Of a stretch of 45,648 nt of DNA, positions 32,648 to 40,433 are shown in pieces. The DNA is from Candidatus Kaiserbacteria bacterium (lineage in GTDB: Bacteria > Patescibacteriota > Minisyncoccia > Phycocordibacterales > Phycocordibacteraceae), in contig JACPGH010000005.1 in assembly GCA_016182485.1 (NCBI GenBank), positions 130,305 through 175,952 on the forward strand, given 5' to 3'. The notes under the pieces were generated by a model. That model was given only the letters and a program-made list of their open reading frames with translations. It had not been told where the DNA came from and made no database searches. Every line of letters starts with the position of its first letter. The first letter of the stretch is position 1. Made by a program: the position numbers and the translations under genes.

Positions 32648-32704
32648 GGTTTTCGGATAGTCCCGGAGGCCCGGTAGGCGGGGCAGGGGCAAAGGAGATC
32701 TCGA

Positions 32705-32962
32705 ATGATCGAGTTCGAAAATGTCGCCACGCTCGTCGTCATGCTGCTCATTCTCGCGGTGCCGGCGTTTGCGGTGGCAGCAGGAATCGGCGCGTACCGG
32801 CTCTCCTGCTGGCTCGCGGATCGCAACCCGATCCGCGTCGAGAACGAGATCCATCAGCGGGCGCGGCTCGTGAGCCGCGAGAAGAACGGGATGGGGCCGA
32901 GGAACGGCCCCACCGTCTCAGTGTGTGTGGGCCAGCCGAAGGGCGGCGCCGAGCGCTGGTAG
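32705..32962 (+). CDS. Small membrane protein (hypothetical)
   Basis: 85-aa ORF framed by a promoter-like site, an SD and a strong terminator. One TM helix (LVVMLLILAVPAFAVAAGIGAY). Confidence 0.55.
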   Translation: MIEFENVATLVVMLLILAVPAFAVAAGIGAYRLSCWLADRNPIRVENEIHQRARLVSREKNGMGPRNGPTVSVCVGQPKGGAERW

Positions 32963-32985
32963 TAACAGCGCGCCGCGCAGGCGCA

Positions 32986-33026
32986 AAACGGCGGCATCCG
33001 CGAGGATGCCGCCGTTTCTCTTTTTG
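32986..33026 (+). terminator. Rho-independent terminator
   Basis: 14-bp perfect stem aaacggcggcatcc / ggatgccgccgttt, loop gcga, followed by ctctttttg. Confidence 0.85.
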
Positions 33027-33066
33027 TGGTATAAAAATCTCACGTTCGCAGTCAGCGAACAAGTAT

Positions 33067-33138
33067 GGTGGCTATGGTGTAGCGGTAACACAGCAGCTTG
33101 TGGAGCTGTTTTCTCCGGTTCGAATCCGGATAGCCACC
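33067..33138 (+). tRNA. tRNA-His (anticodon GUG) with encoded G-1
   Basis: Hand-folded: G-1 pairs with C73, acceptor GTGGCTA/TAGCCAC, anticodon loop UUGUGGA, T-arm TCCGGTTCGAATCCGGA. Confidence 0.85.
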
Positions 33139-33170
33139 CAAAGAACGCCGCGTGATACGATGGGGGCAGC

Positions 33171-33806
33171 ATGAGGAAATTTCTATACGGTCTCGCGCTT
33201 GCTGTCGTGATTGTCGCCGTCGGCCTGCTGTATCGGTACGTCGTAGAACGCCCTCCCGAACAAGTCGCGTGCCCGCTTGATGCCAAAGTGTGTCCGGACG
33301 GCACGGCGGTCGGCCGCACCGGGCTTTCCTGCACCTTCCCGGTCTGTCCGCCGCCGAACACCTCGCTATCGGATATCGGCGTCGCATTCGCGATCCCCGC
33401 AGGCTTTTCTCCCGGAGAAGCGACTGATCCGGCAACGGTCGCCGCGTACGACAACTTCGCTTCCTCGACATCCGCGAGCATCGTTATTCGTCGTTACTCG
33501 GTCAACGCTTCGAGCACTCCCCTTGACGTCATTCGACAGACGGCGATAGGGGGAGCCTCCGGAGAGCCGCTTCCGTCCACCGCCTTTTCTTCCGAAGTCA
33601 TCGGGAACTACCGCTTCACGGTAGCTGCCATCGGGCGATTCGAAGGGGTCATAGATACGGCTTATTACTTTGCTCGCAATAAAGACGTATTACGCTTCGA
33701 TGCTATTGACCGCGGCGCAGACTGGACCAACCCCTCACTCGGCGTTTCCAAACTACCGGCGCATGCGAGCCTTCGCGCTCTCCTTTCGACACTGCAGGCC
33801 CGGTAG
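33171..33806 (+). CDS. Membrane-anchored secreted protein (hypothetical; Cys-rich CP.DAK.CPDG motif)
   Basis: N-terminal TM helix, ACPLDAKVCPDGTAVGRTGLSCTFPVCP motif, then a beta-rich domain starting GVAFAIPAGF. Confidence 0.55.
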   Translation: MRKFLYGLALAVVIVAVGLLYRYVVERPPEQVACPLDAKVCPDGTAVGRTGLSCTFPVCPPPNTSLSDIGVAFAIPAGFSPGEATDPATVAAYDNFASSTSASIVIRRYSVNASSTPLDVIRQTAIGGASGEPLPSTAFSSEVIGNYRFTVAAIGRFEGVIDTAYYFARNKDVLRFDAIDRGADWTNPSLGVSKLPAHASLRALLSTLQAR

Positions 33807-33826
33807 GAAATGCATTTCCTACCGGG
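33799..33826 (+). terminator. Perfect 28-nt palindrome overlapping the stop codon
   Basis: cccggtaggaaatg/catttcctaccggg, a potential 14-bp hairpin. No clear T-tract follows. Confidence 0.45.
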
Positions 33827-33891
33827 CAGGGCCAGTGAAATATATAGTGCTACGATATGAGTATTACCGGTGTTACCCATCATAACCATCT

Positions 33892-34683
33892 ATGTACGAA
33901 CTATTCGATGCGCGAGGAGTACGGGTCGCCCTTATCGGGACTTTCGTGATCCTGGCGCTTTTCCTGCTCGCTCAAACCATAGCCACCGCGAGAACCATCG
34001 GCCGCTCCGGCATCCCGGCAACGGATACGATTACCGTCCAAGGACAGGGGCAGGCCGCTTTGCCGCCGGATGTCGCGCGCGTCTCCTTTACTGTTCAGAA
34101 TATCGCGGCAACGGTGGCGGCCGCGCAGGAGGCGACGACGAAGCAGGCTAACGCCGCTCTCGATTTCGTCAAAGGGCAGAATATCCCCGAAAAAGACGTA
34201 AAGACTCTTTCCTACGACATTTCGCCGCAGTACTCGTACCCGAATCCCTGCGTCCCGGGGGCATTCTGTCCTGAATTCAGTCGCGCACCGAAAATAACCG
34301 GATACCAGGTATCCCAAACGGTACAAGTCACCATGCGAGATCTGACGAAGGTCGGCGAGATGCTCTCCGGTCTCGGGAAACTTAACGTCCAGAACGTGAA
34401 CGGACCGGCCTTCGCGCTCGACGATCCGACTGCCGGTTATGACGCCGCGCGCGCCGACGCGATTACCAAGGCGAAAGCGCAGGCAGACTTGCTGTCGAGA
34501 CAGCTCGGCGTACGCCTCGGGAAGATCGTCAATTTTAGCGAGTCTTCGCGCGGGTATCCGTACCCGGTGGCCTACGGCATGGGCGGCGATATGATGCTTG
34601 AATCAAAGGCAGTGCCGCCGGTCGTGCCGACGGGCGAGAATACGTACAACGCGTCGGTCTCGATCACCTACGAGATCCGGTAA
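33892..34683 (+). CDS. SIMPL-domain (DUF541) secreted protein
   Basis: ITVQGQGQAALPPDVARVSFTV...ITGYQVSQTVQVTMRDL...ARADAITKAKAQADLLSRQLGVRLGKIVNFSE matches the SIMPL/DUF541 pattern. Confidence 0.75.
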   Translation: MYELFDARGVRVALIGTFVILALFLLAQTIATARTIGRSGIPATDTITVQGQGQAALPPDVARVSFTVQNIAATVAAAQEATTKQANAALDFVKGQNIPEKDVKTLSYDISPQYSYPNPCVPGAFCPEFSRAPKITGYQVSQTVQVTMRDLTKVGEMLSGLGKLNVQNVNGPAFALDDPTAGYDAARADAITKAKAQADLLSRQLGVRLGKIVNFSESSRGYPYPVAYGMGGDMMLESKAVPPVVPTGENTYNASVSITYEIR

Positions 34684-34782
34684 CAGCTAAAAACAAGGTT
34701 CGACCTTAGAGTCCTGAAGGGACGTCTCGATGCCCTGGACCCGTAGTCCCGAGCGCAAATTTGCTGGACTCGTACACTTCCC

Positions 34783-34810
34783 TTGACAAGGGCCACGCGT
34801 AGCTTATAGT
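34783..34810 (+). promoter_or_regulatory. Promoter-like site giving a (near-)leaderless transcript
   Basis: TTGACA (34783..34788), 16-nt spacer, TATAGT (34805..34810). The ATG at 34820 is 9 nt downstream of the -10 box. Confidence 0.45.
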
Positions 34811-34819
34811 CCAAGGGAC

Positions 34820-35482
34820 ATGCCGAACGAGACGTCAAGCAAGGCCTGGGTGCCGCGAGTATTGATCGCCGTAGCTTGCGTTCTTGTCGGCGTCGGAGTC
34901 GTGGTCCTAATCCTTCTCTCTCAGAGATTAGCCTCGCCGGTCCGCACAGTCGTCCCACTTCCTGCGAACTCAAGAGTATACGAGAACCGTCGGTATGGTT
35001 TTTCGGTAGATATCCCACAGGGCTGGACGACTTGCGGTGTCGAGCCGGCGCACAGCGGCGACCGTGACATTGCAGGACCACTCGCCATCGTGATTCTGGT
35101 CCCGAGTAAAGAATGTTTAGGGGGGACATTATCCGATCTGCCCATTATGAGCGCCCTGACCATTCATGATGACTCCTATCTACTTGCGACATACCCAACG
35201 CTCTCTGCGCTGGAAGAGGGCCTCAGAAGCGTGTTGCCTGGTCAACTATTTAGCTACACCTCCCCCCGCTTTGGTCAGGTCGGACTATTTGAAGTTGCAG
35301 ACGTGACGGCTATAGAACTGAATGGCATGCCTGCGCTCCGTGTGGTGGCTTATGACCCAATGGGGATCGGTAAATTCGTCAGCACGTATCGCTTCGCTCG
35401 CGGAAAACTTCTCAATTACGTCTACTTTGTCGACGGGACAGCGATAGAAGATCAGATCCTACGAACAATCCGTGATATCTAG
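34820..35482 (+). CDS. Membrane-anchored secreted protein (hypothetical)
   Basis: TM helix, then YENRRYGFSVDIPQGWTTCG. This is the same 'GF.f.yP.gW' opening strand seen in the island family. Confidence 0.55.
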   Translation: MPNETSSKAWVPRVLIAVACVLVGVGVVVLILLSQRLASPVRTVVPLPANSRVYENRRYGFSVDIPQGWTTCGVEPAHSGDRDIAGPLAIVILVPSKECLGGTLSDLPIMSALTIHDDSYLLATYPTLSALEEGLRSVLPGQLFSYTSPRFGQVGLFEVADVTAIELNGMPALRVVAYDPMGIGKFVSTYRFARGKLLNYVYFVDGTAIEDQILRTIRDI

Positions 35483-35640
35483 AGTGCGGCTCCCGATGTG
35501 ATGGAGGGACTAGAGGTTCTCCGATCAAAGCGTATGATGCGGATCGCGCCGTCGAGCTTCACATAGCTGCCTTCGAACTGTTGCAACATAGTGAATAATA
35601 AGTCCTGAAACTTTAGGTTCGTGAAGGGCGGTACAAGGCG

Positions 35641-35669
35641 TTGACTTAGTTACAGAGCTGTACTAGACT
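35641..35669 (+). promoter_or_regulatory. Promoter-like site upstream of secE
   Basis: TTGACT (35641..35646), 17-nt spacer, TAGACT (35664..35669). Confidence 0.45.
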
Positions 35670-35677
35670 TTCTGTAT

Positions 35678-35698
35678 AAAGCCCGCAGGGGCTTTTTT
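35678..35698 (+). terminator. Terminator-like hairpin inside the secE-nusG leader
   Basis: aaagccc gcag gggcttt followed by tttt. It lies between the putative -10 box and the secE ATG (35715). Confidence 0.45.
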
Positions 35699-35714
35699 AA
35701 ATCGAGAACCCAAC

Positions 35715-35900
35715 ATGACATCGCCATTCACGTATCTCAGAAACGTTCGCGCGGAGTTCGCCCATATCGTGTGGCCGACTCGCCGCACTGCTGTCGCGCA
35801 TACGCTCGTCGTGGTCGTCATCGCGATTATCATGGCGCTCCTCATCGGAGTGCTCGACTATATCTTCGGGACGGCAGTCAATCGCTTCATTATCGGCTAA
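35715..35900 (+). CDS. secE: Preprotein translocase subunit SecE
   Basis: 61 aa. VRAEFAHIVWPTRRT followed by a single TM helix. Canonical position before nusG. Confidence 0.85.
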   Translation: MTSPFTYLRNVRAEFAHIVWPTRRTAVAHTLVVVVIAIIMALLIGVLDYIFGTAVNRFIIG

Positions 35901-35914
35901 CTCATTCCTAATTC

Positions 35915-36559
35915 ATGGACGACAATCAGATACAAAACCAAGAGAACGGCGATGCGGCGTACGAAGAGGAGGGGATGGCGGATATCGCCCCGTCGGTCGA
36001 GAAGGAAGTGCGGGATGAGACTGCGCCGCGCGAAGAAGACGCCCGTTGGTACACCATCCACACGTATGCCGGCTACGAGAACGCGGTCGAGCGCAATCTG
36101 AAACAGCGAATCGAGTCGCTCGGCATGGAAGAGAAGATTTTCGATGTAATCGTGCCGACCGAGAAGAAGATCCGCGTTAAGAGCGGCAAGCGCATCGTCG
36201 AAGAAGAAAAAATCTACCCGGGATATATCCTCGTGCGCATGATCGCCTCGCCAGAGTCGTGGTTCGTCGTGCGTAATACTCCGCGCGTCACCGGTTTCGT
36301 GGGGAGCGGCAACACGCCTGTTCCGATGGAAGACTCGGAAGTAGCCACGCTCATGAAGCGCATGTCGGCCGAGGCGCCCAAGCATAAGATCGATCTTATG
36401 AAGGATGATCCGGTCGTCATCGCCGACGGGCCGTTCAAGGACCTCGAGGGCAAGGTGGGTGACATAGACGAGGACCGCGGGAAGGTGAAGGTGATGGTCT
36501 CGATGTTCGGCAGAGAAACTCCTGTTGAGCTGGATTTCTTGCAGATTCGAAAGCTCTAG
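35915..36559 (+). CDS. nusG: Transcription termination/antitermination factor NusG
   Basis: WYTIHTYAGYENAV (NGN domain), KIYPGYILVRM, VRNTPRVTGFVG, C-terminal KOW (GPFKDLEGKVGDID). Acidic N-terminal extension. Confidence 0.9.
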   Translation: MDDNQIQNQENGDAAYEEEGMADIAPSVEKEVRDETAPREEDARWYTIHTYAGYENAVERNLKQRIESLGMEEKIFDVIVPTEKKIRVKSGKRIVEEEKIYPGYILVRMIASPESWFVVRNTPRVTGFVGSGNTPVPMEDSEVATLMKRMSAEAPKHKIDLMKDDPVVIADGPFKDLEGKVGDIDEDRGKVKVMVSMFGRETPVELDFLQIRKL

Positions 36560-36577
36560 AGTAGAGTCGGATTACCT

Positions 36578-36997
36578 ATGGCTACGGTGGTAAAAAAGAT
36601 AAAGCTTCAGATTCCCGGCGGCGCGGCGACGCCCGCGCCTCCCGTCGGCACGGCGCTCGGCCCGGCCGGCGTGAACATCGGCCAGTTCGTAACGCAGTTC
36701 AATGAAGCGACCAAGGACAAGCGCGGGACGATCATTCCGATAGAGCTTTCCGTCTATGACGACCGCTCCTTCACTTTCATAATGAAGAATCCGCCGGCCT
36801 CGCGCCTGATCCTCAAAGCGCTTGGAATCGAAAAAGGCTCAGGCAAGGCGAAGGAATCAAAAGTCGGAACGCTCACCAAGGCGCAGGTCGCGACTATTGT
36901 CGAAGAGAAGATGCCGGACCTCTCGGCGAATGATAAGGAAGCAGCTGCGCGCACGATAGCCGGCACGGCCAGGAGCATGGGGGTCGATGTGAAATAA
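36578..36997 (+). CDS. rplK: 50S ribosomal protein L11
   Basis: [34 protein letters not shown]... canonical uL11. Confidence 0.95.
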   Translation: MATVVKKIKLQIPGGAATPAPPVGTALGPAGVNIGQFVTQFNEATKDKRGTIIPIELSVYDDRSFTFIMKNPPASRLILKALGIEKGSGKAKESKVGTLTKAQVATIVEEKMPDLSANDKEAAARTIAGTARSMGVDVK

Positions 36998-37084
36998 AAC
37001 ATCGACCAGCCGCAGGCCGACGGGCCGAGGCGGGCCCGCGCAAATTTTCAGCAGAAAATTATGCGTGGGTCGATGTGAAATAAA
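36981..37084 (+). mobile_element. Second copy of the miniature insertion (68-bp core, 36999..37066) flanked by 18-bp direct repeats that duplicate the rplK 3' end
   Basis: DR gggtcgatgtgaaataaa at 36981..36998 (includes the rplK stop) and 37067..37084. The core shares ggccgaggcggg..cgcg.aaattttcagcagaaaattat.cgtg with the tRNA-Val copy. Confidence 0.7.
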
Positions 37085-37187
37085 TTTCATAAGTTTTCAA
37101 CTTGTCCGCCGCGCGCGCCGCGGGTAGAGTATCAAAGGACCTGATGCTCATTTCGAGCGCACTAGACCTTTCAAGAAAGGATGACCC

Positions 37188-37553
37188 GTGGGATCGAAAT
37201 TGGCCATTTCACGCAGTGAGTTTGATCGCGCCGTCATGCGCGGCGAATTCAGTACCGAGGCGGAGGGCGCGGAGCGGCAGGCCGGAGCGGTCCTCGTGCA
37301 GCACGGGGTCGTACTCCTTGCTGCCAATGCCAGCCACCCGATCGGAGAAGTCATTAACTCGATCCTGCATCGGCCGGGATTCGAGATTCAAGAATGCGAT
37401 CTATACGCGAGAGTCTTTCCGTGCTGCCGACTGTGCGCCGAACTGGTGAGGGCGGCTTCTCCGCGGCGCGTCTTTTTTGCGCATGGAATCGCCACAGAGG
37501 CCCAGATGCACGAGTTCGAAGCGCATGGCGTGGAGCTCATCCGCGTCGAGTAG
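37188..37553 (+). CDS. Degenerate cytidine/dCMP-deaminase-fold protein (lacks the HAE motif)
   Basis: Aligns with the C-terminal half of 39008..39850 (SRSEFDR..M, VFPCCRLC vs FPCPPC, VELIRVE vs VEIVRVE), but has GEV in place of HAE and a roughly 25-aa deletion. GTG start. Confidence 0.55.
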   Translation: MGSKLAISRSEFDRAVMRGEFSTEAEGAERQAGAVLVQHGVVLLAANASHPIGEVINSILHRPGFEIQECDLYARVFPCCRLCAELVRAASPRRVFFAHGIATEAQMHEFEAHGVELIRVE

Positions 37554-37637
37554 CGCCCATTTACCTCAGCCCCTGGCCGCCATGCGGTCGGGGGCTGCAC
37601 ATTTTAATGGATCTTTGCCATACGGATAAAAACAGCG

Positions 37638-37661
37638 GCGGCGTCCCGAGAGGGACGCCGC
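37638..37661 (-). terminator. Intrinsic terminator of folA
   Basis: 10-bp stem gcggcgtccc / gggacgccgc, loop gaga. On the minus strand it is followed by cgctgttttta. Confidence 0.65.
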
Positions 37662-37667
37662 GTGCGT

Positions 37668-38213
37668 TCACATCCATTCGTAAGTCCAGAACGACGATTC
37701 GTACTCATCCTTTTCATGCTGTCGGCTGCGGAGCACTCCGTCTGCGAGGCGCCACTTATTCGCTTCGCGTACGAACTGCGGGAAGAAGGCATCGCCCGCC
37801 AGTCCCTGTGCGTGCACGATCGTGCGGTACACCTTCCGCACTAGACCGGCGGAGATGAACATCTCGTAGATCTCTGCGCCGCCGATTACACACGCGCGCC
37901 CACCGAGTACCCCGATTGTTGCAAGAACTTCTTCGAGGGACGTTGCGTACCACACCTGCCCCTGATGGCTCGTGAACAGCGCAGGGTTCGTCGTAAGCAC
38001 CACATGCTGGCGACCGGACAGCGGTTTGCCGTTGCGGGCGAGAATCGAGTCGAATGTCTTGCGGCCCATAACGACAACGCCTATCTCCGTCGTTATCTTC
38101 TTGAATCGAGCGAGATCGCTCGGCATCCGCCACGGCAGACGGCCCTTCAGTCCTATGACGCGCTCGGGCGTCATGGCGACGATGAGTGAAAGATCAATGT
38201 CCGCGTGGTCCAT
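37668..38213 (-). CDS. folA: Dihydrofolate reductase
   Basis: LSLIVAMTPERVIGLKGRLPWRMPSDLARFKKIT...VVMGRKTF.S...GRQHVVLT...GGAEIY matches DHFR. Start at MDHADID (SD aaaggag). Confidence 0.85.
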   Translation of the reverse strand: MDHADIDLSLIVAMTPERVIGLKGRLPWRMPSDLARFKKITTEIGVVVMGRKTFDSILARNGKPLSGRQHVVLTTNPALFTSHQGQVWYATSLEEVLATIGVLGGRACVIGGAEIYEMFISAGLVRKVYRTIVHAQGLAGDAFFPQFVREANKWRLADGVLRSRQHEKDEYESSFWTYEWM

Positions 38214-38367
38214 GGGGACTCCTTTCCTTCGGATTTCTCCTTTCACCTTCGCTTGGAAACCGTTCTCTGTCAATCTTGTCACCCGCTTCGTCAGCGCGTA
38301 CTGTTTCGACAGGCCGATGTTCATTCAGATTTCATAGTCAAAGACTGATCACAAAAGGAGGTTCGTC

Positions 38368-39018
38368 ATGACAGGAAGCGACTATAAGCTGCCATGTCTC
38401 GATTCTGTTCAGCAGCGGGCCCTGCGTATCGTCAAGGGGACCGCCACGTTCAAGGACCGCTTCGTGCCGGAACACGAGACGCTCGTCAAGCTGATCAGCA
38501 CCCTACGTTCGATGGGATGCGTAATCGGCTTCACGACCGGCGTCTGGGACCTCTTTCACCTCGGGCATCCCGAGTACATCCAGAGAGGCAAGGACGAGAC
38601 GGTCAAGTGCTACCCAGACGCGGACCACGTCATCATGGTCGTCGGCGTGGATACAGACGAGATGACCAGACTGCGCAAGGGTCCGGGCCGGCCGATCGTG
38701 CCGCAAGACGAGCGTGTCAGAGTGCTTTCGCACGTGCGCGCGGTCGATCTCATCACGCTCCAGTACGAGCCGGACCAGCTCTTCAAGGTCGTCGAGCATG
38801 ACGTGCGCGTCGTCTCTACTTCCACCAAGGACCTGCCGATGCTCGATCTCATCCAGAGTCGATGCGCGCACGTAGTGAACCTTCCGCCGCAAGCGGAGAC
38901 AAGTACAACCGCTCGCGTCCGCCAGCTCATGCTCGAAGGCAGGACCGGCATGTTCAAGTCGGTGAAAGAGAAGTTCCTAGAGATGCTGAACGAAATGGAG
39001 CGGAACCTTGAGAACTGA
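38368..39018 (+). CDS. Cytidylyltransferase-family nucleotidyltransferase (TagD/RfaE-II-like)
   Basis: FTTGVWDLFHLGH ((T/H)xGH motif), VGVDTDE, and C-terminal ETSTTARV (ISTT-like). SD aaaggagg upstream. Confidence 0.7.
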   Translation: MTGSDYKLPCLDSVQQRALRIVKGTATFKDRFVPEHETLVKLISTLRSMGCVIGFTTGVWDLFHLGHPEYIQRGKDETVKCYPDADHVIMVVGVDTDEMTRLRKGPGRPIVPQDERVRVLSHVRAVDLITLQYEPDQLFKVVEHDVRVVSTSTKDLPMLDLIQSRCAHVVNLPPQAETSTTARVRQLMLEGRTGMFKSVKEKFLEMLNEMERNLEN

Positions 39019-39850
39019 TGCGCTCGTCGCGTACGTAGCTACTCCGCACGCCGGCTACCTGAAACTCTTCCGGGCCTACGCAGGCGGCGTACTGTACATC
39101 CTCGGCAGCGACTTCATCAGGGAGTTCAAGCCGCTCGTGCGCAACTTGCCGGGCGTCGCGCCCGAAGAGGCGCGCGAGATGATCCAGGCGCTCGGTATCT
39201 TCGCCGAGGTCCACATTCTCACTGTACGCAACTTGCTCGAAGTCCGGAAACGCCACTGCCGCATCATCATGCCTGACGAGGATGTTGCGCACGCGCTTGC
39301 ACAGGGGTACCTCGAGGGCAAGGAGGTGGTCTTCGACGGCCGCTGGCGGCTCCGCTGGGACTGGGGGACCGCCGCCGCTGCACGCCGCCCGGAAGGGGAG
39401 CGCACAGTCTCAAGGAGTGAGTTCGACCGCGAGATCATGCGTGAGGCGGTCCGAGAGGCCGAGCGCAGCCCCGATTGGTGGCGACAGGTGGGAGCCATGC
39501 TCGTAAAGCATGGAGCTATGATGTTCGCCGCGTACAATCGGCACATGCCGAGCGATCAGTCTGAGTACTGCTACGGCGATCCGCGCAGTAACTTCGAACC
39601 CGGACAATGTATCGACGTCTCGGGCGCGCTGCATGCCGAGATAGCGATCCTCGCGGCGGCGGCGAGGAACAAGGACGTCACGACGGAGGGCGCCGATCTC
39701 TACGTGACTACCTTCCCCTGTCCGCCGTGCGCCTATGCCATCTCGGTCTCGGGCGTCAGAAGGCTCTTCTATGCAGAAGGGTACTCGCTCGTGGCAGGCG
39801 CCGAGGCGCTTCAGTCAAGAGATGTGGAGATCGTGCGCGTCGAGTTCTGA
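39008..39850 (+). CDS. dCMP/cytidine deaminase with an uncharacterised ~125-aa N-terminal domain
   Basis: The C-terminal half has HAEIAILAAAA and TFPCPPCA zinc/catalytic motifs. The N-terminal domain (ALVAYVATPHAGYLKLF...) is not recognised. Apparent TTG start overlaps the upstream gene by 11 nt. Confidence 0.7.
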   Translation: MRTDALVAYVATPHAGYLKLFRAYAGGVLYILGSDFIREFKPLVRNLPGVAPEEAREMIQALGIFAEVHILTVRNLLEVRKRHCRIIMPDEDVAHALAQGYLEGKEVVFDGRWRLRWDWGTAAAARRPEGERTVSRSEFDREIMREAVREAERSPDWWRQVGAMLVKHGAMMFAAYNRHMPSDQSEYCYGDPRSNFEPGQCIDVSGALHAEIAILAAAARNKDVTTEGADLYVTTFPCPPCAYAISVSGVRRLFYAEGYSLVAGAEALQSRDVEIVRVEF

Positions 39851-39895
39851 GATCGTGCCCCCGGTCCGCGAAGCGGACCGGGGGCTTCGTCTTCT

Positions 39896-40354
39896 CTACC
39901 TCTTGAAGCCGATTAACGCTCTGATTGGCTCGGTTTTTTTTGTGCGCGCCGTACCGACGACCACGTGTCCGTGCAGATGATTTACTGAAGCGCCGGTAAA
40001 TCTGGTATCCCCGGAGCGTATCACAAGGGTAGCTCCGCTCAGTTGGTATTTCTTTACGAGTTTTCGGTACAGAGATTGCAGTTCTCCCCACATCACGGTA
40101 GATATTTTTTCCGTCGCTTCTATATGCGGCCGGGCGATGAAAAGAAAGTGGAGACGTGCTCCTTCATACGGCCACGAATTTTCGGTCACGAGCCAGTACC
40201 TGCCTTTAAAAATGAGCGGCCGGCGATGGTGCTTGAAAAGATGCTTCTCGCAGAACGGGCAGAACCCGCCTGCAAGGATTGCTTCTAGGGCATTTACATA
40301 TTCCTCGCGCTTAACAATTAGGGCGTTTTTCGTATCGACGCGCGGTTTTGGCAT
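39896..40354 (-). CDS. HIT-family nucleotide hydrolase/transferase
   Basis: Histidine triad NHLHGHVV, and an N-terminal CPFC zinc-knuckle-like motif as in GalT/Ap4A-phosphorylase-branch HIT proteins. Confidence 0.7.
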   Translation of the reverse strand: MPKPRVDTKNALIVKREEYVNALEAILAGGFCPFCEKHLFKHHRRPLIFKGRYWLVTENSWPYEGARLHFLFIARPHIEATEKISTVMWGELQSLYRKLVKKYQLSGATLVIRSGDTRFTGASVNHLHGHVVVGTARTKKTEPIRALIGFKR

Positions 40355-40433
40355 ACTAGGAGATATAGCACGGCTCCGCTCCTAAAAGGAAGAGCCGCCT
40401 CGCGTCGCGAGGCGGCTCCTGTGAGGGTGAGTT

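Noticed and set aside
32748-33481. ORFs 32748..33062 (-), 32918..33481 (-), 33052..33471 (-), 32923..33174 (+)
   Set aside because: They cross a strong terminator and tRNA-His and give Arg/Pro-rich products, so they are shadow ORFs of a GC-rich region.
37102-37449. ORF 37102..37449 (+), alternative to the deaminase-like ORF
   Set aside because: Its frame gives a low-complexity product. The overlapping 37188..37553 frame aligns with the bona fide deaminase at 39008..39850.
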